From assembly GCA_038231135.1 (NCBI GenBank), contig JBBRLX010000010.1, forward strand, positions 51,925-115,924: a stretch of DNA of 64,000 nucleotides, read 5' to 3'. The first letter of the stretch is position 1. Every line of letters begins with the position of its first letter. Below, one piece after another: positions 22,540 to 31,019 of the stretch. The translations under genes and the position numbers were made by a program. The stretch is from Candidatus Eiseniibacteriota bacterium. GTDB lineage: Bacteria > Eisenbacteria > RBG-16-71-46. The notes under the pieces are model-generated. The model was not told the origin of the DNA. It did not search any database and saw only the letters and a program-made list of their open reading frames with translations.

Positions 22540-22738
22540 TCAGGCGACCGATCCCGGTTCCCGTGAAAACCGCTGTGACCCGGGCGTCGTGAGCAGCTCG
22601 CCGGTCTCGAGCAGCGTCTTGAGGCCCGAGAGGATCATCGGCCAGCCGCCATAGATCTGACTGTTGGCAGTCTCGCGCAGCTGATCATGGGATGACCATC
22701 AGCCGGCAGGAATCGCCGACCGGCTCGATCTCGAGGTT
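22540..22738 (-). pseudogene. C-terminal remnant of an SRPBCC/AHSA1-domain gene with frameshift
   Basis: Manual translation: NLEIEPVGDSCRLMVI, one extra C, then HDQLRETANSQIYGGWPMILSGLKTLLETGELLTTPGS..*. No start codon. Confidence 0.75.
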
Positions 22739-22780
22739 CTCGCCGCCCCGTCTTAAGTGGCGCCTGAGTGGACTCTCGTG

Positions 22781-22839
22781 CAATAAAACATAAACAAACA
22801 GTAATAAAAGTTGACAAACATTACCAACAATGGGACGAT
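22781..22839 (+). promoter_or_regulatory. Sigma70 promoter within AT-rich 10-bp phased repeats
   Basis: TTGACA(22811)-N17-GACGAT. Blocks caataaaaca/taaacaaaca/gtaataaaag/ttgacaaaca/ttaccaacaa. AAGGAGG SD downstream. Confidence 0.65.
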
Positions 22840-22861
22840 GGATTCATAAGGAGGGAGAGTC

Positions 22862-23686
22862 ATGACCGTGGTACCGACCACCCCGATCCCGTCCGCTCGC
22901 ACGCAGTCCGGCTACGGCTCGTTCCTGACGCAAGTCCTCAGCGATCGAGAGCAATTCTTCAGCGACGTCGTCGAAGGCGAAGGGCTGGGTGCCAAGCTCG
23001 CGAACTCGATCGGGACACTCGTCGCGTTGTGCGCGCTCTACGGCGCCGCGGCCGGAGCCTATGCGGGTCCCGTGCAAGCCGTCGCCGCGGCAGTCAAACT
23101 GCCGCTGCTGTTCCTGGGAACTCTGGCGATCTGCTTCCCCGGGTTCTTCGTGATCCAGGTGCTCGTCGGCTCGCGCCTCAGGCTGTCGCAGGTCCTGACA
23201 CTCGTGCTCGGAGCGCTATCGCTCACTGCGATCCTGCTCGCGGCGGTGGTCCCGATCACCGCATTCTTCCTGCTCACGGGAGCGAACTACTATTTCCTCA
23301 CGCTGCTCCACGTGGTGATCGTGCTCGGCGCCGGTCTGGTGGGCATGGCGGCGCTCCATGACGGACTGGCGTTCGCGTGCGAGAAACGCGGCGTGTACCC
23401 GAAGAAGGCGATGACCATCATGAAGGTCTGGGCGGTCCTGTTCGCGTTCGTCGGCATCCAGATGGCGTGGAACCTCCAGCCGTTCGTCGGCGACCGCGGC
23501 GAGCCGTTCCAGTGGTTCCGGCACAACGAGGGCAACTTCTATACGGCCGTGATCTATTCACTGCAGAAGCTCACGCACGGCGACGTGAACCGGACCCTGT
23601 TCGCGCCACCGCCGAGCCGCCGCGACCTCGGAAGCGTGCGCGATCTCGCCAAGCCCACGGTGCCCGACACCGTCCCCGTGCGATGA
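22862..23686 (+). CDS. Conserved membrane protein of unknown function (resembles the family often labelled actin-binding WH2 domain protein)
   Basis: About 5 TM helices. KLPLLF..ICFP, PITAFF..NYYFL.LLHV, W..LFAFVG.QMAW.LQPF.G..F..EGNFY. Confidence 0.7.
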   Translation: MTVVPTTPIPSARTQSGYGSFLTQVLSDREQFFSDVVEGEGLGAKLANSIGTLVALCALYGAAAGAYAGPVQAVAAAVKLPLLFLGTLAICFPGFFVIQVLVGSRLRLSQVLTLVLGALSLTAILLAAVVPITAFFLLTGANYYFLTLLHVVIVLGAGLVGMAALHDGLAFACEKRGVYPKKAMTIMKVWAVLFAFVGIQMAWNLQPFVGDRGEPFQWFRHNEGNFYTAVIYSLQKLTHGDVNRTLFAPPPSRRDLGSVRDLAKPTVPDTVPVR

Positions 23687-23922
23687 GCAAGCCGAACGAC
23701 CCTGAAATCCACGAGATCCTGACGCTCGAGGAGGTGGCGAAGTACCTGCGCCTCAAACCTCAGACTATCTACAAGTGGGCGCAGGAGAAGTCCATCCCCG
23801 CGGTCAAGCTCGGCAAGGAATGGCGCTTCCGCAGGAGCGTGCTCGATCGCTGGCTCGACGATCGCATGCTGGGCGAGGAGTCGGGCTTCAGTCATCTCCG
23901 GAATGGGGACGGCGAGGGCTGA
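23683..23922 (+). CDS. Excisionase/BldC-like small DNA-binding protein (HTH_17)
   Basis: LTLEEVAKYLRLKPQTIYKWAQEKSIPAVKLGKEWRF. ATGA overlap with upstream gene. Confidence 0.88.
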   Translation: MSKPNDPEIHEILTLEEVAKYLRLKPQTIYKWAQEKSIPAVKLGKEWRFRRSVLDRWLDDRMLGEESGFSHLRNGDGEG

Positions 23923-23926
23923 ACGC

Positions 23927-25717
23927 TCAGCGCTCGGCCAGCTCCCGCATCCGCCGCCTGAGGTCCTCGTTCTCCGGATCCGCCGCGAGCCCGGCGCGAA
24001 TCTCGGCGCGTGCCGCGTCCGGATTGCGCTCCAGCAGGTCGACGTTCGCGAGCAGTTCGTGCGCATGGGACGCGTAGTGCGACTCCCGGATCACGCGTTC
24101 GAGATCCGCGCGCAGCCTGGCTCGGAGCGCGGGATCGCGCGCCAGTCGCGGGGCCAGGAACGCGAGCTTCGAGTTTCCGGCCGGCGCCACGGCGTAGGCC
24201 CAGCGCCGCGCCACCTCGGCCATCGGCCCCGCGCGGCGCGCGAACAGCAGCGCAGCATCGTCCTGGAACACCAGCGCCCACGTGGAGTCGGCATCGATGA
24301 AGTCGGGCAGCCGGTCGGCGGCGAACGTCCGGCGCGCGAGCAGCGCCCATTCGAACTGGTACTTGTCGTCCAACCGGTGCCAGTACTCCGGGCGCTCGAG
24401 CGAATAGGAGTAGAGGCGGCGGTCTTCCGGCGTTCCCGACTGATGGATGTCCATGAACGGCAGCCGGTCGCGCTCGGGCCAGAACCGCCACAGCAGGTAG
24501 CCGCCGAACGAGAACGTATTGTAGCCGCGTCCCCGCACGCCGTGGACCGCGATGAAATCGCACGCCCTGACCGGGAACCTCTCCCAGACGATCCCGATGC
24601 CGGGAGGGAGCGCGATCCATTCGGGCACGGCGATGGCGACGCACGCCGCGCAGGTGATCGCGGCGCGCGTCCAGGCTGCGCGCGGCATCCGCGCGGCCGC
24701 AGCGCGGAATCGCTCCACGATGTTGCGCGCGAGGAACGGCGTGCCCACGATCGCGAGGAACCCCAGGAACCGCGCCCCGCGCACCGCGAGGGGCACGAAC
24801 AGCAGGGCAAGCAGCACTTCCACCCAGTCGATGCCGCGGCGGCGGACCCGCAGCAGCGCCAGCAGCGGCCAGCCGAAGATCAGCGCCGGCGCGCCGTTCC
24901 ACAGATTTTCGCTCCAGCGGATCGGCTGCAGCTCGCCGATCGTGACGTAGATCGGCTCGCGGCTCTCGTGCAGCAGGAACTCGAATGGGCTCCAGAGCGC
25001 GCGCCAGCCATAGGGATTGAGGAACGACACCGCGAACATGCCCGCGCCGATCAGGACCAGTCGCAGCGCCGGGCCGCGGCCGTGCGCGGCCGCGGCGGAC
25101 CCCTCGCGCGGGCGGCCGAAGGCGGCGTCGATCACGTACGCCCCGAGGATCGCGAGCCCCAGGTGATAGGACACGTGGCAGTTGATCCAGGCCCACGCGA
25201 GCGGCAGCAGCCACGGCGTGCGATCGGGGCCGCCGCGGCGGCGCGTCTCCAGGATCCACAACTCGATCGCCATGAGCACGGCGGCAATGCTCTCGGGCCG
25301 CACCTGCGAGCGATCGCGCCACGCCAGCGCTCCCATCACGATCACGACGAGCGGCAGGAACCCGCGCGCCCCCGTGCGCCGTGTGGTGGCGAGCACGACC
25401 GCGAACGCCGCGAGCGTGGTTAGCCAGCGCCACGCGAACAGCCCCCACACGCCCGCGATCGCCCAGAACGGGTGGATCAGCATCCGGAATCCCCACGACG
25501 GCGTGATCGCGGGGGCGCCGTAGGTCGGCCACGTCCAGATCATCGTGCGGGGCACCGCATGCCGCGTCCAGATCGCGCGACCCACGAGCAGGTGCTGCCA
25601 GAAGTCCGGTTCGTGGAGGGGATAGGTGACGATCGCGGCGATGCACAGCGCGGCGAACAGCGCGGCCGCGATCCAGGCGGGATGGCGGCCGCCATCCTGG
25701 GTGCGGCGCGGCGTCAC
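23927..25717 (-). CDS. Polytopic membrane protein (GT-C-like) with C-terminal TPR-like region
   Basis: DFWQHLLVG, VRPE, WINCH, LNPYG, GGYLLW, W.LVFQD. GTG overlaps moeA stop. Confidence 0.65.
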   Translation of the reverse strand: MTPRRTQDGGRHPAWIAAALFAALCIAAIVTYPLHEPDFWQHLLVGRAIWTRHAVPRTMIWTWPTYGAPAITPSWGFRMLIHPFWAIAGVWGLFAWRWLTTLAAFAVVLATTRRTGARGFLPLVVIVMGALAWRDRSQVRPESIAAVLMAIELWILETRRRGGPDRTPWLLPLAWAWINCHVSYHLGLAILGAYVIDAAFGRPREGSAAAAHGRGPALRLVLIGAGMFAVSFLNPYGWRALWSPFEFLLHESREPIYVTIGELQPIRWSENLWNGAPALIFGWPLLALLRVRRRGIDWVEVLLALLFVPLAVRGARFLGFLAIVGTPFLARNIVERFRAAAARMPRAAWTRAAITCAACVAIAVPEWIALPPGIGIVWERFPVRACDFIAVHGVRGRGYNTFSFGGYLLWRFWPERDRLPFMDIHQSGTPEDRRLYSYSLERPEYWHRLDDKYQFEWALLARRTFAADRLPDFIDADSTWALVFQDDAALLFARRAGPMAEVARRWAYAVAPAGNSKLAFLAPRLARDPALRARLRADLERVIRESHYASHAHELLANVDLLERNPDAARAEIRAGLAADPENEDLRRRMRELAER

Positions 25718-26961
25718 GCGGAGTCGGGCCAGCGCAGCAGCCATGCCTCCGCCGTGTCGCCCGCCGCCAGCTCCGCAGCGCTCTCGGGAATGACGACGAG
25801 CACGTGCGCGCGCGATTGCGGCGCGAGGTGGCCCGAGATCTGTGCGCCCGCAGGGGTCGCCTGCCACGCGCCGTCCCGCGAGACGAGCATCGCCCGCACG
25901 AAATCGACGCGTCCCGCGCGCGACGCGAGCTTCTCCGTCACGGTGACCCGCAGGCGCGGCCGGTCGAGACCGGCGAAGCCCTGCAGCGCTCGCAGCGCCG
26001 GGCGCACCAGCGCCTCGAACACGCACGCCACCGACGCCGGATTGCCGGGCAGGCCGAAGTACAGGCGTCCGCCGGGCGTGCCGAACGCCTGCGGCTGGCC
26101 GGGCTTCATCGCGACCTGCAACCACTCGATGCCGCCGAGCTCGGCGAGGCTCTGCTTCACGGGGTCGAAGTCGCCCATCGACACGCCGCCGATCGTGAGC
26201 GTCACATCCGCGACGCCGAACGCGTGGCGCATGCGCGCCGTAACCTCGGCGGGATCGTCGGACAGCCGCTCGGCCAGCGTCACGCGGCAGCCCGCCTGTT
26301 CGAGCAGCAGCCGCAACGCGAGCGTGTTGCTGTCGCGGATCGCCCCGGGCACGAGCGCATCCTCGATGCCGAGCAGCTCGTCGCCGGTCGAGAGGATCGC
26401 GGCCGTGGGCGCGGGCCCCACCGCCACGCGCGGCACGCCGAGCGCCGCGAGCAGCGCGAGGTCGTGCGGTCCCAGCTCCCGGCCGGCATCGAGCACGATG
26501 TCGCCGGCGCGCAGATCAGCACCGGCGTCGCGCACGTTGGCGCCCGGCAGCGCGGCGCGGGCGAAGCGCACGCGATCGTCGCCGAGCGGCGTGGCGTCCT
26601 CGAACGGCACCACCGCGTCGGCGCCGGGCGGAACTTCGGCGCCCGTCATGATGCGGCACGCGCAGCCGGGGTGGAGCGGGGGCGCCGGGCGGCCCGCGGC
26701 GGCGAGCCCCGCGACGGGCAATTCGACCGGCTGTCCCGATGCCGCGGACGCCAGGTCCTGGGCGCGCACGGCGAAGCCGTCCATCGACGAATTGCGGAAC
26801 GGCGGCAGATCGTGCGGCGCGCGGAGCGTGGCGCGCAACGCGCGGCCGAGCGCCTGATCGAGCGCGAGCGTTTCGGGAGCGCTCGGGCGGACCGCGGCGA
26901 GGACGTGGGCGCGCGCGGCGGAGTAGCTCAGGCGTCTACGGGCGACGACGGTAGATGCCAC
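25714..26961 (-). CDS. moeA: Molybdopterin molybdotransferase
   Basis: SSMDGFA, IMTGA..P.GADAVV, STGDEL, GGVSMGDFD, MKPG.P, LPGNP. Confidence 0.95.
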   Translation of the reverse strand: MASTVVARRRLSYSAARAHVLAAVRPSAPETLALDQALGRALRATLRAPHDLPPFRNSSMDGFAVRAQDLASAASGQPVELPVAGLAAAGRPAPPLHPGCACRIMTGAEVPPGADAVVPFEDATPLGDDRVRFARAALPGANVRDAGADLRAGDIVLDAGRELGPHDLALLAALGVPRVAVGPAPTAAILSTGDELLGIEDALVPGAIRDSNTLALRLLLEQAGCRVTLAERLSDDPAEVTARMRHAFGVADVTLTIGGVSMGDFDPVKQSLAELGGIEWLQVAMKPGQPQAFGTPGGRLYFGLPGNPASVACVFEALVRPALRALQGFAGLDRPRLRVTVTEKLASRAGRVDFVRAMLVSRDGAWQATPAGAQISGHLAPQSRAHVLVVIPESAAELAAGDTAEAWLLRWPDSA

Positions 26962-27418
26962 TCCGGCCTCCGCGCTTCTCCCACACGGCGAACTCGCCCA
27001 TCACCATGCCGCGGTCCACGGCTTTCAGCATGTCGTAGAGCGTGAGCGCCGCCACGGTGACCGCCGTGAGCGCCTCCATCTCGACGCCGGTGCGGGCGCG
27101 CGTGCGCACCCGCGCCTCGATGCCGATCGAGGACGTCGCGTCGTCGAACCCGAACTCGATTTCGACGCCTTCGATGGGAATCGGGTGCGCCAGCGGGATC
27201 AACTCGCTCGTGCGCTTGGCGCCCATCACGCCCGCGAGGTGCGCAGCGGCGAGCACGTTGCCCTTGGGCGCACGCTCGTTGCGCGCCAGCGCGAGCGTCG
27301 CCGAGTGCATGAACACGCGGCCGCGCGCGACGGCGACACGCGCCGTGACGCGCTTGCCGGCAATGTCGACCATGCGAACGCGGCCGGTGGGGTCGAGATG
27401 AGTGAGTTTGCGGGGCAC
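26936..27418 (-). CDS. moaC: Cyclic pyranopterin monophosphate synthase
   Basis: LTHLD..MVDI, KG.VL, LIPLAHP, TGVEMEAL, YDMLKAVD, KRGGRSG. Confidence 0.95.
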   Translation of the reverse strand: MPRKLTHLDPTGRVRMVDIAGKRVTARVAVARGRVFMHSATLALARNERAPKGNVLAAAHLAGVMGAKRTSELIPLAHPIPIEGVEIEFGFDDATSSIGIEARVRTRARTGVEMEALTAVTVAALTLYDMLKAVDRGMVMGEFAVWEKRGGRSGIYRRRP

Positions 27419-27518
27419 GCAGGAACACTAGGCAGCGCCCGTGAAGCGTGTCAACGGCGCGAACCGAACGACACGAGGGTGATGACGTGAGTTCCCACCC
27501 GCTGAATCCGCCCGATTC

Positions 27519-27546
27519 TTGACACCCGTGCCCCCCCTGCTACTGT
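27519..27546 (+). promoter_or_regulatory. Sigma70 promoter, near-leaderless transcript
   Basis: TTGACA-N16-TACTGT with extended TG. GTG start 10 nt downstream with no SD. Confidence 0.5.
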
Positions 27547-27555
27547 CGCGGCCCC

Positions 27556-28530
27556 GTGTCCTCCCATCGCCCGCGGCTCCCGATCTCCACGCGTCACGCG
27601 TTCGCGCTCGCCTTCGACCTGGCGGCGCGACGGGATCCGTTGCAGTCGCTGCTGGTGCCGCTGCTGCTGCAGGCGCCGTGGATCCTGGCGCTCGCGGTGC
27701 TGCCGCCACTCAAGGATGCCGAGCGGCCGTGGCAGGTGTTCGGGGTGTGGCTGTGCGCCCAGATCGGCAACTTCGTGATCTGGCTGATCGTAAGTGCGAT
27801 GCTGCGGTTCCGGGCGCGTTCGGTGTTCAACACCCCGGCCGAGATTCCGCCGGCGCCCGTCATCGATTGCTATTCGAAGGGCCTCAAGCGCGTGCCGTGG
27901 CTGCTCCTCACCGAGGTGGTGCGCAACATCTCGCTGGTGATCGCGACGTTCTTCTTCATCGTCCCGGCGGTGTTCCTGGGATTCCGGCTGTCGTTCGCGA
28001 CCGAGTCGGTGGTGCTCGACGAGCCGCACATGGCGGGATCGTTCCAGCGGTCGTTCCAGCTCACCGAGGGCCGGTTCGAACGCTGGCTCGAGATGATCGT
28101 GGTGTCGGTGATGCTGGTGTTCTGCGGCGCGTTCGTGGGCGCGGTGCTGTCGCTGCTGTTTCCGGCCCCCGGCATCAACGTGTGGGTGGCGGTTACCCAG
28201 CTCCTGATCATCGCGATGATGCCGATCATCCAGTACGCGTGGACGTTCTTCTATCTGCGGCTCGTGGAGAGCGACCACCCGCTGCCGGCCGGAGCCGGGG
28301 TGCCGCCCGCCTATGCCGTGTCGGGCATGGTCCCCGCGGCCGCGGTCGCGACGCTGGCGGATCCCGGCATCGCGACGCCGGACGCCGGCCCGAGCGATCG
28401 AACGGAGCCGCTGGGCGCATCGCCGCTCGCGGGCACGGAGCCGTTCGCTGCGGCCGCGCCCGCGACCGGCGGGGAATCGCATGCCGGGGGGAATTCGCAC
28501 GCGGGCGCCGAGTCGCTGCCGCAAGCCTGA
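27556..28530 (+). CDS. Hypothetical membrane protein
   Basis: Five or six hydrophobic helices, E....SFQRSFQLT.GRF motif, disordered Ala/Pro tail. Confidence 0.65.
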   Translation: MSSHRPRLPISTRHAFALAFDLAARRDPLQSLLVPLLLQAPWILALAVLPPLKDAERPWQVFGVWLCAQIGNFVIWLIVSAMLRFRARSVFNTPAEIPPAPVIDCYSKGLKRVPWLLLTEVVRNISLVIATFFFIVPAVFLGFRLSFATESVVLDEPHMAGSFQRSFQLTEGRFERWLEMIVVSVMLVFCGAFVGAVLSLLFPAPGINVWVAVTQLLIIAMMPIIQYAWTFFYLRLVESDHPLPAGAGVPPAYAVSGMVPAAAVATLADPGIATPDAGPSDRTEPLGASPLAGTEPFAAAAPATGGESHAGGNSHAGAESLPQA

Positions 28531-28654
28531 ATCGCCGTCGGCCGCCACTGCAGGCGCGAGCCGGAATCCCTCGTGTGTCGCCCGCGGCCGGTGACGGTAT
28601 GATGGGCACACGCCCGCAACCTTCGTGGTGACAGGTCCCGAGAAAGCGAACGCC

Positions 28655-29746
28655 ATGTCCTCGACACCCGTTTCGCGCGCGTCACAACCGCGGCCGGCCA
28701 CGGCCGGGACGCCGGCGCGTACGCAATCGATGGTTGGCGCCAGCCCGCGCATGCAGCGCATCTTCAAGCTGGTGCGCAAGGTGGCGCCCACCGACAGCAC
28801 GGTGCTGATCGTCGGCGAGAGCGGAACCGGGAAGGAACTGGTCGCCCAGTCCCTGCATCTGCAATCGAAGCGCGCCGCGGGTCCGTTCGTACCGGTCAAT
28901 GTCGGTGCGATTCCGGAATCGCTGATCGAGAGCGAGCTGTTCGGGGCCATGAAGGGCGCATATACGGGCGCGATCGCGGATCGCGCCGGGCTCGTCGAAG
29001 AGGCCGACCACGGCACCCTGTTCCTCGACGAGATCGGCGACATGCCGCTCACGACCCAGGTGAAGCTGCTCCGCACACTCGAGAACAGCGAGGTGCGCCG
29101 CCTGGGCGACAACGTGACGCGGCTGGTGGACGTGCGAGTCGTGGCCGCGACGCACCGCGATCTACTCGCCGAGGTGGCGGCCGGGCGGTTCCGCCAGGAT
29201 CTCTACTACCGGCTGAACGTCGTGCAGATCGACCTGCCTCCGCTGCGCGAGCGGCGCGAGGACGTCGGGCTGCTCGCGGCGTATTTCCTCGAGCGCGTGG
29301 GGCGCCGCGAAGACCGCACCGGGCTCGAGTTCGGCCCCGAGGCCAGGGCGCTGCTCGACCGCTACGATTATCCCGGCAACGTGCGCGAGCTGGAGAACGC
29401 CATCGAGCACGCGGTCGCGGTCGCGGAGGGCAAGCTGATCCTGCCCGCCGATCTGCCGGCGGTGATGCGCGCGCCGCGCCTGCTGCCGGTGAACGCCGAG
29501 GCGGAGCGGGCGCCGTCCGAGCGGCGCCGCGCGGCGCCGCCCGATGGAGTGCCGGGCGCGGATGGCCACGACTTCGAGGCCGACCGCGACTCGTGGTCGC
29601 TCGCCGACGTCGAGCGCGAGCACATTGTCCGGGTGCTCGCGCGTCATCGCGGCAACGCGACGTCGGCCGCGCGCCAGCTAGGCATCTCCCGCACCACGCT
29701 GTGGCGCAAGATGCGCGAGTTCGGCCTCGCGCGGGACCCGCGCTGA
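28655..29746 (+). CDS. Sigma54-dependent AAA+ activator (Fis HTH) without N-terminal sensor domain
   Basis: GESGTGKE, ESELFG..KGAYTGA, LFLDEIG, FRQDLYYRL, PGNVREL, AARQLGISRTTLWRK. Confidence 0.92.
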   Translation: MSSTPVSRASQPRPATAGTPARTQSMVGASPRMQRIFKLVRKVAPTDSTVLIVGESGTGKELVAQSLHLQSKRAAGPFVPVNVGAIPESLIESELFGAMKGAYTGAIADRAGLVEEADHGTLFLDEIGDMPLTTQVKLLRTLENSEVRRLGDNVTRLVDVRVVAATHRDLLAEVAAGRFRQDLYYRLNVVQIDLPPLRERREDVGLLAAYFLERVGRREDRTGLEFGPEARALLDRYDYPGNVRELENAIEHAVAVAEGKLILPADLPAVMRAPRLLPVNAEAERAPSERRRAAPPDGVPGADGHDFEADRDSWSLADVEREHIVRVLARHRGNATSAARQLGISRTTLWRKMREFGLARDPR

Positions 29747-29749
29747 GCG

Positions 29750-30961
29750 ATGGGGACCGAACGGCTCTACTACGACGACTGCTATACCCGGTCGTTCACG
29801 GCCGAGGTGGTGCGGCGGGGCGAGCACGGTGGCCGACCCGCCGTGGAGCTGGTCGCCACGTACTTCTATCCCGAGAGCGGCGGCCAGGAGGCGGATCGCG
29901 GGACGCTTGGGGATCTCGAGGTCATCGACGTCCAGGCGGATGACGACGGCACGGTGTGGCACGTGCTGGGCGGGGCGGACGGCGCGCTGCCGGTCCTGCC
30001 GGAGGCGGGTGCCACGCTCTCCGCCACGGTCGACTGGACGCGCCGGTTCGATCTCATGCAGCAGCACACCGGGCAGCACATCCTCTCGGCGGCGTTCGAG
30101 CGCGTGCAGGGCGGGGCGACGGTGTCGTCCCACCTGGGCGTCGAGCGCAGCTCGATCGACATCACGGCAGCCGACGTGGACTGGGCGGCGATCGGCCGGG
30201 TGGAGGCGGCGGCGAACGCCGTGGTGTGGAGCGATCTCGAAGTGGTCCGCCACTGGACGGACGCGGACGGCGTGAAGCAGTTCGCGCTGCGCAAGCCGCC
30301 CGCCACGCACGAGCGCATCCGCATCGTCGAGGTCCCGGACTGGGACCTGTCGGCGTGCGGTGGTACCCACGTGCGGCGCACGGGCGAGATCGGCGTCATC
30401 AAGGTGGTGCGCTGGGAAAAGGTGCGCGGCAACGTGCGGTTCGAGTTCCTGTGCGCGGCGCGGGCGCTCGCGGACCACGCATGGCGGGTCGAGGCCATGG
30501 TCGAAGCGGCGAAGCGCCGCACGCTCAAGGATGCGGAGTTGATTCCGTCGCTCGAGCGGGTGGCAATCGAGCGCGACCGGCTCCAGAAGCAGGTCCGCGA
30601 CTGGACCGATCAGCGCACGCGGGCCGAAGCGATCGAGCGCGTGGGAGCGCCGCCGAGGCCGGTCGCGGAACATCGCGACGACTGGACGCGGGACATGGCC
30701 CGCACGTTCGCGCTCCAGTGCCTCGAGGCGGGAGCGCCGTGGGTGGTGGCGGGAGCCGGTGCGGACCACGTGGTATTCGCGGGGCGGCAGAAGCGCGGTG
30801 ACGTCGATGTGCGCGAGGCGCTGCCGCAGGCGCTGGCGACGATGGCGGGGAAGGGCGGCGGCAGTCCGGACCTGATCCAGATCGCGGCGCCCGATTCGCC
30901 GCGCGCGCGCGCCGGATTCGAGTTGCTCCAAGCCTGGCTGCGGAAGCGGTTCGAGGGCTAG
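29750..30961 (+). CDS. Alanyl-tRNA editing protein (AlaX-type) with C-terminal DHHA1-like region
   Basis: FYPESGGQ..D.G, QQHTGQH, ACGGTH, GKGGG. Confidence 0.88.
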   Translation: MGTERLYYDDCYTRSFTAEVVRRGEHGGRPAVELVATYFYPESGGQEADRGTLGDLEVIDVQADDDGTVWHVLGGADGALPVLPEAGATLSATVDWTRRFDLMQQHTGQHILSAAFERVQGGATVSSHLGVERSSIDITAADVDWAAIGRVEAAANAVVWSDLEVVRHWTDADGVKQFALRKPPATHERIRIVEVPDWDLSACGGTHVRRTGEIGVIKVVRWEKVRGNVRFEFLCAARALADHAWRVEAMVEAAKRRTLKDAELIPSLERVAIERDRLQKQVRDWTDQRTRAEAIERVGAPPRPVAEHRDDWTRDMARTFALQCLEAGAPWVVAGAGADHVVFAGRQKRGDVDVREALPQALATMAGKGGGSPDLIQIAAPDSPRARAGFELLQAWLRKRFEG

Positions 30962-30972
30962 GCCTGCCAACG

Positions 30973-31002
30973 AAAACCGCGCGCCCTTGGGGAGCGCGCG
31001 GT
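30973..31002 (-). terminator. Intrinsic terminator between convergent genes
   Basis: accgcgcgc/gcgcgcggt stem with AAAA on the left (U-tract on minus strand). Confidence 0.55.
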
Positions 31003-31019
31003 CTCGTCTCGGAACGGAG

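Noticed and set aside
22482..22545. Integron attC site (GCCTGAC...GTTAGGC on minus strand with partial hairpin)
   Set aside because: The left core deviates from RYYYAAC, box spacing is non-canonical, and there is no integrase or second site.
23683..23922. Prophage or ICE implied by the excisionase-like gene
   Set aside because: No integrase, att duplication or phage genes. More likely a stand-alone regulator.
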